Positions 38,606 through 51,792 of a stretch of DNA of 64,000 bases are shown in pieces. Every line of letters starts with the position of its first letter. The stretch's first letter is position 1. A program made the translations under genes and the position numbers. This DNA comes from Octopus vulgaris (lineage: Eukaryota). The DNA lies in contig OX597816.1 in NCBI GenBank assembly GCA_951406725.2, positions 95,852,001-95,916,000 of the forward strand. Direction: 5' to 3'. The notes beneath the pieces are model-generated. The model did not search any database and was not told the DNA's origin. It worked only from the letters and a program-made list of their open reading frames with translations.

Positions 38606-40499
38606 TAAAAGATTTAGTTGAATTTTTAAAAATGTATACTTTTCACTATCCAATCACCACCACCACCGTCACCACCACCACCACCGCCACCACCAACACC
38701 GCCATCATCATCTCTCTCTCCCCTCTCTCTCCCCGCCTTTCTTTAACCTCACCATCAGAACATCACCCCTCGGCTAAAATTATATTTTTAACTCCCCTCC
38801 TCTATATCATCACTACCTTCAACTAACTTTTTTTAACCATTTAATAGATATTATGTTCCTTCTACCTCACGTCATGGACACTTCTCTCTCCCTCTTTTCC
38901 TCTAATCACGTGAAAGCGTTACAGATGGGCTAAGTAACGGGATGACAAGTAGAATTACTATAAGATTGATTTCTGTCGATGTATTTGTAGAAGTCACCAT
39001 ATTACATGCTGATCCATGTATGTGGATAGTAATATTCGTTAGACAGCATCTAAGCCTAGCCATCCTTCTAGCCCCTTCTTACTTGGGGTGTATGGCCATC
39101 ACGATGCGTAGTGTCATGCTTTCGAATATTCCATTTTTCTCTGTGTGCTGAAGTGATGTCGACTCGTTTTTCATTTTTATTAATACATCTACACCTCGTT
39201 GTATATTTGGATTTTTCTGCTTCTGAAAGTTAGAGCAATTTGGTTCCTGTTAAACAATTTTTGTGGTTCAGTCTGAATTATATTTTTTGTCTTCCAAAGA
39301 CGGCTCATTTCACGTCTTTCTGGAAGCTGCGAAAAGCATTGCTGTATTTGTGTTTGAGGGAATGTCAATGGTGATGGGAGTGCCTATTCATATCTAGGGC
39401 CCACTTTTTCGAACTAGATCCAGCGAATGAAAGAAGCTTTCTCTCTCTCTCAGTTCGAACAATATATACGTTTCTTAGCTAGCCGAAACGTACATATGTG
39501 AGGGCGTGTGCTAATCGTCCATCTTGTTCATATCTACCGTTTTTTTTTGTCGTGAAATAAATATCGTCTGCTCAGAAATTGAATCTGTTTTCTTTTTTTC
39601 TTGTAAAATGTATTTTTGAGGGATTGTTTTCTTTATATTTATAATATTTTTTGTAGGGAGGGGCATTGGTCGTGGGGAAGTTTTGTTACGCTGTCGCATT
39701 TCTTTTTCTTTATGAATGACAGTAACAAACAAAATCGGTTTTACGAATTAAAGTGTCTTTTCACGCTAGCAAGAGAAAATTTAATACAAATAATTAAGTT
39801 CCTAAATTTATTTAGAAGTGATGCATTAAAAAATGTTTGTTTCTCGTAGTTTCTCCTGGTAATAGTCAATGATCTAGTGAGCTAGACTAAGACTATCTGA
39901 CTTTCTATATTATACATAATACCATACCTTGACACTGTGTGGGCTGAGATTCGAGTTGGCGGGTTACGACTGTGTCATCGTTGCTACTTAAAGTCGGCTA
40001 CACTGAATGTTTGTAATGTTAAATTGATGCAGAAGTTAGTACGGTTTCTCAGTTTATATCGGGCGTGATATTCGAATCCTGTTGACAATGTTGACAACTG
40101 TTTTCTTTTTTTATTATATCAGATAAAAATTCATAAAGTAAAAGGAATAATATTGGTAATAATAGCCGTTTCAGTATACGTACAAGACTATAAAACATGA
40201 AAACAGTCAAGTATATCGATCTCAGTACTTGACTGGTACTCTATTTTATCGTATTCGGAAGAATGAAAGGTAAAATGAACTCAATAGGATTTGAATTTCT
40301 TTCCTACAACGAGGACATGCTGCTGAATACTTTGTCGTAAGTCACTCAGCAGCAAGTTTATAGTCATCATCTCCTACTTGTCAGTTCCTTTTGTGGAAAC
40401 ATTTGCGATCGAAATTGAATCATGCATAGAAAAAAACACTTACTACGTTTTCGCTGCTCAAATTTACGACTCCGAACGCACGACTTTGTACTGAGAAAG

Positions 40500-40990
40500 C
40501 TGAAGACTTTTCCTTTTTTTGGTTACATTTTAGTGTGGATCATTCTTCTTCATGAAGGGAATCTTCTTTATTCTTTGCCGCCAGTTTGCTCTTCTCAAGC
40601 TTTCCTTTCTCATCAGAAGATGATAGGATGATAGTAAGTACTTGCGCTTGCTGTGGGCATTGGGATAGGTATCAGGATCTCTGACTGTTAGCTTTTAGTG
40701 ACAGGAAGAAGGTAACCTCTTCTGTCATCTCTTAAACTGGAACTATTAGTGCTCTGAAGACTGGAATCTCAACTTGCTGATGTTGAGCTTTGCTGCTTTT
40801 CCTTCTCTGCTTTTCTAGTTCATCAGGGCAACATTCCTAAAGTCAGTCTTGCTGCCACAGTTGCAACAACTGGACTTTATGCCATACACCTTCAGTCTCA
40901 TGTCCTTTAGTCTCATGTTCAGTCTTACACACCTCATGTTCTTCCTCTCAGAACTGGAATGATCTCCAGTACGACCCAACAAATTTCAAG
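40500..40990 (-). mobile_element. Tx1/L1-like ORF1 remnant with a degenerate zinc knuckle
   Basis: VYGIKSSCCNCGSKT followed by a low-complexity K/E-rich stretch. Confidence 0.35.
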
Positions 40991-41933
40991 GAGAATTAGG
41001 TTTTGTAAGCCCATCCCGAACCCGTATTCACACTACAACACTTCTCTTTTTACTTCTACACTGATCTATCCACCACATTGTGATATAAAAATGAAAATAA
41101 GTCAAAGTTCTATATCATAGTAGATGACACTGACTAACACTTTTGTTTCTTGTGCCCAAAGACCAAGCTTCTCGCCGCATTTTCTGTTTCGAACCCTAAG
41201 CAGACTACCCAGTAGGCCTTAAGGCGTTGCTTGGGAAGTAGTTCGTCTCAAACAGCGGATACAGCAATTCTCAAACTATTGTTTTGAGGGCAACTGAAAG
41301 CTTCCACTTCATTTTCGGATGCCCAAATACGTAACTTTACTCTTTAACAAAACATGGATATAATGTTCAAGAAAAGAAGGACCATGTAGTCTGACATAAT
41401 TTTGACAGTCCATTACCTTTTCCTTGCTTTTGATTATATCAAGTCTTTCTGACTACGTGAGAATATTGTTGCTAAAAAACAAAAACATTGTTTATATTAG
41501 ACATATTTTTAATAGAAACGTCATTAATTCTCTACTTTATTTTTCTTTCACAACGTGTGCTCTGCTGTACTTGTTTATTTTTTGCTCATTTTGTTGACTT
41601 TTTGTAACGAGCGGCGTGGCTGAGAATTTCGATGTCTATGTTTTTGTATGTTAGAAAAGAAATATGTAATTTGTTTAAAAATTTTTAAATTTATTTTGTT
41701 ATTTGGGGGTTTAAAACCTATATAGATAGACCTTACCAAATCTTTGACTCTGCGTACGAATCAGTTAAATATCAAATCATTCTATGCAGTGATACGAGGC
41801 AAAAATTTTCCCTTTAAGGAGTGAGTGGAAAACAATTGAAAGCAGCAAATATCCTCATCCTCACCATTATCATCATCATCAACAACAACAACAATATTAA
41901 TGTTCATTAATATCAATGATATTAATGATAATC

Positions 41934-42332
41934 AAGGCGGCGAGCTGGCAGAATCGTTAGCACGCCGGGCGAAATGCATACCGGTATTTCATCTGCCAAC
42001 TACGTTCTGAGTTCAAATTCCGCTGAGATCAACTTTGCCTTTCATCTTTCGGGGTCGATTAAATAAATACCAGTTACGCACTGGGGTCGATATAATCGAC
42101 TTAATTCGTTTGTCTGTCCTTATTTGTCCCCTCTGTGTTTAGCCCCTTGTGGGTAGTAAAGAAATAGGTATTTTGTCTGTCTTTACGTTCTGAGTTCAAA
42201 TTCCGCTGAGGTCGACTTTGCCTTTCATCCTTTCGGGGTCAATAGATTGAGTAACAATTGCGTACTAGGGTCGATCTAATCCACAGGCCCCCTCCCCCAA
42301 AATTTCGGGCCTTGTGCTTAGGGTAGAAAAGA
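41934..42332 (+). mobile_element. tRNA-derived SINE family 2 (MetaSINE-like central domain), dimeric copy with a 14-bp TSD
   Basis: Head GGCGGCGAGCTGGCAGAATCGTTAGC; GCCTTTCATC(C)TTTCGGGGTC domain twice; TSD ATATTAATGATAAT at 41919-41932 and 42333-42346. Confidence 0.85.
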
Positions 42333-42349
42333 ATATTAATGATAATATC

Positions 42350-43430
42350 TTTATTAGCCACAGAGGCTCAAAGAAAAGCAAGGCAGTACAAAACCAAGAT
42401 ATTACATACTGAGGGGTATTTACATTATACACACAAAGAGCAAAAATAAGAAAGGACGGAAACGAGAATCTTAACAGACGAAGAATTGCTCAACAAAACA
42501 CTACAAATCTCGAATCACCCAAACGAGCAAGGTCAAACGCCCTCTTTCCCCTGTCGTTTCTCGACCTACGCGTGCGTGGCTAGGATAGCCCTATTTACTG
42601 GTATCATGTTCGGCACTCTAACACACCTTCCAACGAATTAACTGGTGGAGTCAGTAACTCCCTTTTCGACGTGACTCATGAATATGTTGGCGAAGGCTTG
42701 AATGAAGTAGAAAGTGTCTGTTTTCGGTCCTTTTAGCCACCACACACCCTTTTCTGCCATTGCCACCAGATTGAGGAAACTATGTGCTTTTCTCAGCAAA
42801 AAGTAAGTAAGTAAATAAATAAATAAATAAAGCAGCGAGGCAATCTTCCCGATTTATTCGGTTGATAGCTGGATCTGTTCTACTCGCAACAATTGCTGTT
42901 TGACAAACAAACTACACAGGACAGCGATGCTCGAACGTTGAGTGAGTGCGTACAGATCGGTTTCCTTGTTCTATATCTCGGATGGATTTGTTTACTGACG
43001 GCACTGATCACGAGTAGTACTGTCAGGCCAGAGATTTTGGGGAAGTACCCATAGTTCTTGAGCCTCAAGTGCTTCGGAACAGATCAACCAGATAACTCTC
43101 GTCAACGCCGAGAAATTACTAAGCGAATATCATCGCTCATCTCTTCCACTGATTCTCCATAGAAGGCCAACGTAGAAGTTGGTTCATCTTACGCATTGCC
43201 CAAATCTTGAACACTGCTTAGCATCTGGAATGTCGATAGACACTGTTTGCATTTCAAATACCACGAAGATCAGGACCCGGTCTTGGCGTTCGCCTGATGC
43301 AAGACCACTACTAGTTCAGAAAACGATCTGTACTAAGACAAAAGGCGACTGCAACTACTCATCGCTTTGGAATGTTTGTGGATAGTAAACTCAATGCTTA
43401 TTTATGCATCAGCATCACAGCCTATCGAGT
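42350..43430 (-). mobile_element. Decayed 3' part of a Tx1/L1-like LINE
   Basis: Remnants such as LVAMAEKGVWW; T-rich 3' UTR. Confidence 0.45.
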
Positions 43431-43699
43431 CCTCAGATATGTTTTGGAAAGCTTGTATTATTTAAGGACAATTTAAATAGCTCGTTTCTTTTCTTTCTTT
43501 TTTTTTTTTTGAAGACAGAAATATATTAGTTTTTCTTTCGCTTCTTCCCAAATTATCACTAGGGAAAAAGAAATGCTGTTGAGATCTAAAAATTATACCT
43601 GTTCAGTTTTTAAAGGACTTAATAAATAAAAAGTCCAACACGCTTCATTTTTCTGTCAAAAAGTTAACACTGAACTGACAGACCCATTCCTTAATATCA

Positions 43700-45660
43700 C
43701 TGCCCAAACGAAAAACAAAACTAAAAGAGAATGACGGACAGATGACGACTACATTGAAGTATTAAGTGCGTTTTACACTTCAACACTGTACACAAAACGC
43801 ACAGGAATAATAAAAGAAACACATGAGATATGGAGGGAAAGTAATAAAGATATAACGAAAAACATCACACAAAAGCCATTTGCAAATGTCCGATGATATA
43901 TCCTACGAGAAAGGAAAGTTCCCAAAACCGAAATAGACCAACTCATAGAAGAAATACTCACTGACAATAAAACAAAATAATGGGCTACAATCAAACGAAA
44001 ATTGCACATCAGACATTATATCGCCAAAATCACATAAGACCCCAACAAAAAAGAAACTCAACAGAGGTTACCGTACAGACAGTGAATAAAAAACTGAACC
44101 AAATTAAAATCCCTACACAACTACTAACACTTGCAATACATAGTACAGCACAGCAAATCAACAACATACAGACACGCAGATGCTTAAATACAAAACAACA
44201 ACAAACTAACACACACCATGACCAACTATAATCGATGCTAGGGACGAACTGTCTGAAGCAATAGCAAATATAGAAGAAAACATCACAGAATCGATAAATA
44301 TGAATAAGCGGAAACGTCTCCCCAACACTACAATAAATAAATAAACAGCTTTGTGATAGGATAAATGTATACAGCAGAACCCTACAAGAAACAATGATGA
44401 CATCAAAAGATACCCTGAATAGCGACAGACTAAACAACCTATCCTATTTAGCAGGTGAAGTGATATCCAGAGAAACTTTTGCCAAATCTCAAACCCCAAA
44501 ATAGTAAGAAAACATAATAAATAAAATTAAAAAAAATACAAGAAAGACTTAACACTATTTTGTGAATTAGAGAAAGAGGGATCAAATATGAAAAAGGAAA
44601 AGAAGACGTATATAACAAAACAATACAACTTAAGAAATAAAGAAAATACAAAGGAGATAAAAGAAACTTAGGCAGGGAACAGCAGTAAAAACTTGTTGCA
44701 TATGACGGAATGAAATACGTGAATGCTTCTTCCGAGAAAATGCAGTGTTTAAGATAAATACAAAATGATTTTATTGAAACTTAAAGAAAAAAGCCGTATC
44801 AGTACCTGACATGCCAACAACAATATCTGAAATTCAGTCATATTGGGAAGGGAAATAGAGCAAGCAAGAACAACACAACAAAAGTGCTCAATGGATAAAT
44901 AGGGAAAAGGAAAGGAAGAGGAAAATAATTCCGAAGACATGGCCCAACATTGCAAGCCAAGTGATCATGGACACACTGAGGACTACCAGTAACTGGAAAA
45001 ACACCAGGAATAGACAAGGCCCCCAACTTTTGGTCGAAACACCTCACCAGTACCCATACTCAGATAGTGGAAGAATTTAATGGGATAATAAACAAGCCAG
45101 AATCAATATCAAAATTGGATGTTAGAAGGTCAAAATCACTGTTATACCAACAACAAAAAATAAATGTACACCCACAAAATTATAAGCCAATAACATGCCT
45201 ATCAACAACTTACAAAACCCTCACATCAGTTATTTATACCCGGCTTGTAACACACCAAGAAAAATGTTTTACGAGGAGAAGAACAAAAGGGATGTTTAGT
45301 TGCAGAGAGCAGCTTCTGTAAATCGAGCTTTTATAGAAGACTGTTAAAAAAGAAAAACAAACTTCAACATGACTTGAATTGATTACCAGAAAGCGTTTGA
45401 CAGTGTTCCATACTAGGGTCTCTCTACACAAATAAAGTAGCTCCGACAATATCAAAATATATCATCCGCAATGGCTAACTGGAAAACCAGCAAACCAGCA
45501 TACCACTGAAAAATGAATGACAAGCCATTAAAACCTACCCCATATCCATAAGAAAAAAAATTTTCCAAGGAGACTTGTTGTCTCCGCTGCTTTTCTGCCT
45601 TACTCTGACTCCACTGACAAACTTGTTAAATGAAACCAACATGTGTTACATATCTCAGTA
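43700..45660 (+). mobile_element. Decayed R4/Dong-like (RLE-clade) LINE, N-terminal to mid-RT
   Basis: KTPGIDKAPNFW, PQNYKPITCLSTTYKTLTSVI, EEQKGC, IDYQKAFDSVP, IFQGDLLSPLLFCL. Confidence 0.85.
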
Positions 45661-45715
45661 ACACAGTGGTGTAACAGATGATGTAGTAGAAATTTGCCTG
45701 AAACTACCGAATTTC

Positions 45716-45718
<3 letters not shown>

Positions 45719-45756
<38 letters not shown>
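45719..45756. repeat. (AAT)n microsatellite
   Basis: About 12 perfect units. Confidence 0.95.
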
Positions 45757-46745
45757 GATCCAACAACAATTTAAGGAAGACCAGAGAGAGCAGGGGAAGC
45801 AAATTTGGCAAGACAAGAAAATGTACAGTCAGTTCTTGAAGAATAAAGATGAGATTGGTTGGAATGGAACCTGGCAATGGCTGCAGAAAGGAGACTTAAG
45901 AGGGCCCACTAAGGCATTAGTGTGCAGCGCTCAAGAACAAGCTCTCAGAACAACCTATTCCAAATATCACATTGATAAAAGCACTGTTTCTCCACAGTGT
46001 AGGATGTTCTCTGAGAAAGGAGAAAGTATAAACCATATTGTTAGTGAATGCTGTAAGCTAGCACAACGCAAATATAAAAGGAAATACGACAATGTGGTCA
46101 CCTGGCTGGTGTGCGGTAAAGCAAAGCTCGATGGAGCCGAACAATTGTATGAACATAAGCCAGAGGGAGTTATGGAAAACTAACATTACAAAATACTCTG
46201 GAATTTTAACATGCAGTGCAACCAAGTCATAGAGGCGAGCTGACCAGATATTGTGATCATCCTAAAAAGATGAATAAAAAGGTAAAGATAATAGATTCTG
46301 CAATACCAGGCGATTCGAGGGTGAAATGTATGGAAACAGAAACTTGTGAGAAATAACAGCCACTGCGGGACGAGATAGGAAAGTTTGGGGGCATGAGGAA
46401 AGTAATGGTGGTGCCGGTTGTAATTGAGGCGTTGGGAGCAGTCTCCAAGAGCTTTGAAAAACATATTAAAATAGTGGATCTGCTGTCAGGCCCGAGGTGA
46501 TGTACAAGACAGCATTGTTGGGTACAACTCGCATTCTAAGGAGAGTATTGTCTCTTTGAGTCATAGAAGAAGGCACTGCTTGAAACCTTTGGTGATTTGT
46601 CATTGTCTGTTTTCAATAAGAAGAAGAACAACAACAACAACAATAATATTAATAATAATGATAAATAAATTGTCACCTTAGTCTCCTGGCTGTGGACAGC
46701 TGACACTTTCCATTATACCCAGCAAAATAAGATGTGAGTTTTCAT
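45757..46745 (+). mobile_element. 5'-truncated R4/Dong-like LINE 3' end (CCHC plus restriction-like endonuclease)
   Basis: TWQWLQKGDL...AQEQALRT...CRM...ESINHIVSEC, PDIV, IIDSAIPGD, VVPVVI; flanked by (AAT)n and (GAT)n. Confidence 0.85.
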
Positions 46746-47509
46746 ATAATGATGATGATGATGATGACGATTCTTAAGAAAATGCCAAATAAAGAAAGCC
46801 CCAGGACCAGTGATAGTGGCTTTAATATCACACAAACATGCACACTTATATACAACTGTTTTCTATTGAGTGTATAGAATATGGAACATTAACATGGATG
46901 ACAAAGAGAGAACCAGAGTTAGTACAGAAGGACAAAGAAAAGGGAGGGAAGTCAGTGAATATACACTTATTTCATGTTTATCATTACTTGGGATATTATT
47001 AGCAATTTCATTGCAGATAAAATATATAACTTTCAAGAGAAGAAGAATTTATTGCCTGGAGAGTAAAAGAAGAACTGCTGAATATCGATTGCTTTAGATT
47101 GAGTTACGAATAAAAAAGAACTTAGCTGTTGGTTGGGTACACCACAAGTAATCCTACGATATTGTACAAAACTATTGGCTCTCAGAGTGGTTGGGGACCC
47201 TCGAGGTCAATGAGAAAACTAATGGTTATTTCTTTTAGAAAAAGCTATAAAGTTGTGGGGAGTAAAACTAAAATGTAGAATCTTGTTGTACCTAGAGAGG
47301 GTCATTATGCCAATAGAAATTAAAATAAACACACGCACTGATTCAATACCACGTCATCATTGTGTTTCCTTTATCATTAATTCTCTGTATTCTGTTCCAA
47401 TGCTTGCCTCGGAAATTAATCATTAGAAAATATGAAAATACGCAGATAGGTATTTCGAGAAGAAACGCTCTTTCCTCTTCTTTTCCTCGTTGCATTAATA
47501 TATCTGACA

Positions 47510-47760
47510 AATATACTTTGAAAATCGAAGCCTACCTATGAGCTTGATAATACCAGAGTGAAGATTAATTGCCAGCACTATATGGATGACCTCAAAGTGT
47601 ACTCGGAAAAGAAAAAGAACTGAATTCTGTGATTGAAACAGGAAGGATATTCAACATGAATATTAGTATACAGTTTTGAATAAAAAAAATAATGTTTATT
47701 ATGAAGAGAAGCTGAAAAATTATATCTAAGGATAGAAAAATACCACAAGAGAATATTTCT
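47510..47760 (+). mobile_element. RT fragment containing YMDDLKVY
   Basis: Catalytic YMDD motif at ~47580-47600. Confidence 0.6.
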
Positions 47761-48719
47761 CAGGTCCACCAGTTGCATGAATAAGACTGTGCGTGAGGTA
47801 CTTTTCTAGCCATAAGTAAAACAAAAACAAGAGCAGTTTTATGATTGCTTCGGCAGAGTAGAGGTCAAACCTATCGTCCGAGGCACTGTTTAGCCTGAAG
47901 TTGAAGATTGAACCATACCTTCAACAACTTAACTAGTCCGTCGGTCAAGGATCCTTTCACGGTGAACTGTGTCATGAATATACATCTCCAAGAGACAAGC
48001 AGTAAACCCACCGAACTATCCCGGTTAATCTTTGGATCCTGTCACCGTCTCGAAGTTCTTCAAAGTATTAGGCCCACCACTGTCATGATTCTAACATTCA
48101 TCATCATAAAACGATAGAACAAACGATAAGTCCATTCAGTTCGATTGTTATTGTTTGTAGACTCAGCGTCAGCAAAACAAAACAAAATAAATTTGGGTAC
48201 TTTGCTTTCTTTGTTGGATTGAGTAAGAGCTACACTGTCCATAGCTTTATAACTCTAACTTAGTCGATAGAGACGACTGGGTAGAATTGATGTAAGCAAG
48301 ATGTTTCAGTTTAGTTTTTAAATTGAAGAACAAATATGTGGACAAGGAGTTGGTTCTAGTAAGTTATAAGAAAGATGTTTAGAAGACAGTATAGGGGTCA
48401 TAAAGCAACACAGGGACTGATGATAAAAATAATTCGGTGCGTCTAGTGACCTTAAATGGGGTACGGCATGTAAATGAAAAGATTATAAACGTAGGTACGT
48501 AGCTCCGATTCTATGGCATTCATCGGATAAAGCATAAATCTTACACTGGAAGGACACCTTGCTATAATTGGTAAAATTCTCGGAGCATATTGGTAAACTG
48601 AAGTAAGATCGAATAACGTCATCTGTATAGAAACTCATCGAAACGCTTTGAGCTTATATGAACTCATGACTTATAGGATTATTGTTTCAAGCACCTAGTG
48701 CACGTGTACACGGACACAG

Positions 48720-48752
<33 letters not shown>

Positions 48753-50195
48753 TCTAAATCCTTTTTCTCGTCCTCTCCCTCTGCATCTGTTTATTATTCC
48801 TCTTAATGTATCTGTCCGATGGTATGTCCCTTTGCCTGTCTGTCTGTTTGTCTGTCAGCCTGTCTATCTGTCTGTTTGTCTGTCTGTCTGTTTGTCTGTC
48901 TGTTTGTCTGTCTAGTCTAGTCTGGTCTGTCTATCTCTCGTTCCAGTATAACATGACATAAGTTATATATTAAAAACAAGATATTACAATATTATTGTAG
49001 ACTGGCAAATAACGAAGACCAAAACAACCAGAGGGAATCATAGTTTGTGTTTGGATTAGGATATTCATGAAATTGCTTATTTCATTAACGAAAAGATAAA
49101 ATAGATTTGAAGTCTTGACCATCACTTTTAGAATCAATATTACCATTGCATTTCCCATCTCGAGTTCCCTATTCATACAATTTCTGTTCAAATAATTACT
49201 CTGTTTGCTTTCTTTCCTATTTTAATCCTTGCTTCCTTTCCGTTCTCTTCTATAATCGTATTTTTCACTGTTCTCTTCCGTCGTCTTACTTTTCTTTCTT
49301 TTGTTGGTTTTTGTTTTCTCATTGTCTTCTACCCAGCTGTGTCTCTCTCTCCCTCACTTCTCTTCAGGTAGCATATCAAACCTACAATTACATCGTGTAG
49401 CAAGATTTTTATCCTTGGGTAGCAATTATTATCTTCTATTTAGTTATCCCTAGGAAGATATTGTTACACTCATTCAAACCCCAAAGAATGCTTAGTGAAA
49501 TTGTTTGTCAGAGAGTAGAAGTGGAAAAGAAATTCCAGTGGAGAGTCGAACCCATGTACTTAATCAATTAGTGTGTAATCGGGATTTTTCATGTCAGTCC
49601 CACAAAGAACCCTTCTCAACACAGGGCTATGATGTGATATTCCCCAACTACTCCTGCTTATGACCAGAGATGCACATATTGTCAGTCACTAAGCGACATG
49701 CTCAAGTGGTTAAAGTCATGTAACTAACAAGCAAATCTTTAGTATTGAGCAGAAAATTTACTATAATGATATTTATACCTCAGCAACTCAATGATGAATC
49801 TATCTGGAATGTAATGGGAAAAGGTCAGTTTGAAAATATTGATACCCAGGTCTCAAAAGCAAAGATTGAAGGGAATAATGGTCACTTCCTTTGATTTCTA
49901 GATAGAAGCTAGTAAGAAATAACCAAAGACCAAAAAAAAAAAGAGAGAGAGAGAGAGAGAGACCCAAAATATTGTTAGACAGGAATGTGGTATCTGTAAC
50001 TGAGGTGGTAAAGATAGCCAGTTTAACAAGTCTAACACAGTCCAGTAATGAACATTTGATCGAAGTAAGACAACCATTTTCATACCGGTGCTACGATAAA
50101 ACATCTCTTATTGCAGACGGAGTAGTTTGGTTTAGCACACTTAAACCACATTTTGACATTACCACATAAGTTTAGCCTAATTCTCTCATTCGTAG

Positions 50196-50525
50196 TAAGC
50201 TGGCAAACCTGAGGCACACGGGCCGCGTGCGGCCCGCAGACCTTTATCTTGCTGCCCACTTGATACTTTCTTGAAATGGGTTTATTTAAACAAACATTTA
50301 AAAAATTTGTGTCAAAAATTAAAGAGTGTAATGAAAAGTAAAAAAGGAACATACTTCTGTTTTTGCAACGGTAATATTTCATGTTGAATCGACAGTCATT
50401 CATTCATCATTATAATAATAGCATGAGAAAGCAAAATGCTTTCAATTCTGTCAGTATACAAGCAGCCCCCAAAAAACTTTCTGTAATTAAAGTGGCCCGT
50501 TATGTAATTCGAATTGGCCAGACCT
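50196..50525. mobile_element. hAT/Charlie-like MITE
   Basis: GGCAAACCTG...GGGCCGCGTGCGGCCCGC left end; GTGGCCCG...ATTGGCCAGACCT right end. Confidence 0.55.
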
Positions 50526-51535
50526 AGTGACAAGACCCTTATTTGAGGATAACACAGTTTTCCCTACTGCATCGTTTGTTTAGTGAAATTGTTTGTCAGA
50601 GAGTACAAGTGGAAAAGATGTTCCAGTGCTGAGTCGAACCCATGTACGTAATCCATTAGTATGTAATCATGATTTTTCAGGTCAGTCCCACAAATTCATA
50701 ATAACTGTTTCTATGTAGATACAAGGCCAACAATTTTAGTGACTGTGGTGGTGAGGTTAGTCGAATAAATCAGCTCCAGTTCTTGACTGGTACTTTATTT
50801 TACTAACTTTGAAAGGATGAAAGGCAAAGCCGACTTCGGTGTGACTAGAACTGAGAACATAAAGAGCCGGAATGATTACCACAAGGAATTTTTCCGCCGT
50901 TATCCTTTCACAAATCCACAATAATGGGGAGATTGAACGACGTTTATGCTGTTCTCAGTGGTTTGTAGTTGAGTAAGCGAAGTGAATTTATTATGACCAT
51001 AGACTAAACAGGTTCATTGCAAACTCACTTTCCCCTTACGTTGTTGATTTACCTTGAAGAAATAAAGTACAAGGTTGGATTATTCTGCAGTTACGAAGCA
51101 ACAATGGAACCTCAGCCTGCTTGCCAAATCTTTTCCAAATTTCACCATACAATCTTAAATAAGGAAAGGACACGTAAAATAATGTAGTCCAATGTCCATC
51201 TTAAAAGCTGTGGTCATTGCAAGAAAAGTGCGTATCACAGGTCCACTTGATCAGAACTAAAATACTAACTCCTGCTTCAAGGAAGGCTGAGCACCTTGAA
51301 TACATTTCCCTACACGTTGAAAGGGTGTGTAACTTACTAGAACGATTAATGAAATATTAACAAAATAACAAAATATCAAACGAATTTTAATTTTGAATTC
51401 AGATCCAAGTTTGGTTCGATAAAGCAATAGAATAGTAGAGACTATCATTCCAAAAAGATTGTGAAATATGATGAAAATGATAAAGAAAGAAAAAAAATGA
51501 GAGGGAAATCTTAGGTATTTCTCATTTTACATTAC

Positions 51536-51568
51536 CTGTTGGCAGGTTGTTTGACACAAAGACAAGTA
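51536..51568 (-). CDS. Candidate Cys-rich peptide gene, exon C (TCLCVKQPAN)
   Basis: Strong polypyrimidine tract plus CCTAAG acceptor; CAG|GTAATG donor; 33 nt, phase 2-2; completes a C-x2-C-x-C motif. Confidence 0.6.
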
Positions 51569-51699
51569 CTTAGGTAAAATTAAATTAAAGAAAAGAAACA
51601 TTTGTAATTTGGAACAGTTGGATATTAAATATATTTCATTACAAATCGCATCTTCCTTTGAAAGCATCATTTGTTGTTTAGAGATAGACATACACTCAC

Positions 51700-51792
51700 C
51701 TGCAGTTGTTATCTGTATGGTTAACACATAAAATAATTGCGCACTTCAGCGAGAAGACACAATCCTGATGTCGACAAAAAGCTCTTAACTTT
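51700..51792 (-). CDS. Candidate Cys-rich peptide gene, exon B (KLRAFCRHQDCVFSLKCAIILCVNHTDNNC)
   Basis: T-rich tract plus ATCAG acceptor; perfect CAG|GTGAGT donor; 93 nt, phase 2-2, open in the frame required by exon A; 5 Cys. Confidence 0.65.

Noticed and set aside
40318-40355. Hairpin TGCTGCTGA...TCAGCAGCA next to a GATGATGA box and TTACGAC on the minus strand
   Set aside because: The rRNA complementarity is too short and the box spacing is wrong for a C/D snoRNA.
40444-40490. Apparent minus-strand exon (TKSCVRSRKFEQRKR) with AG/GTAAGT sites
   Set aside because: Lies in or next to a LINE ORF1-like remnant, and no in-frame downstream partner was found.
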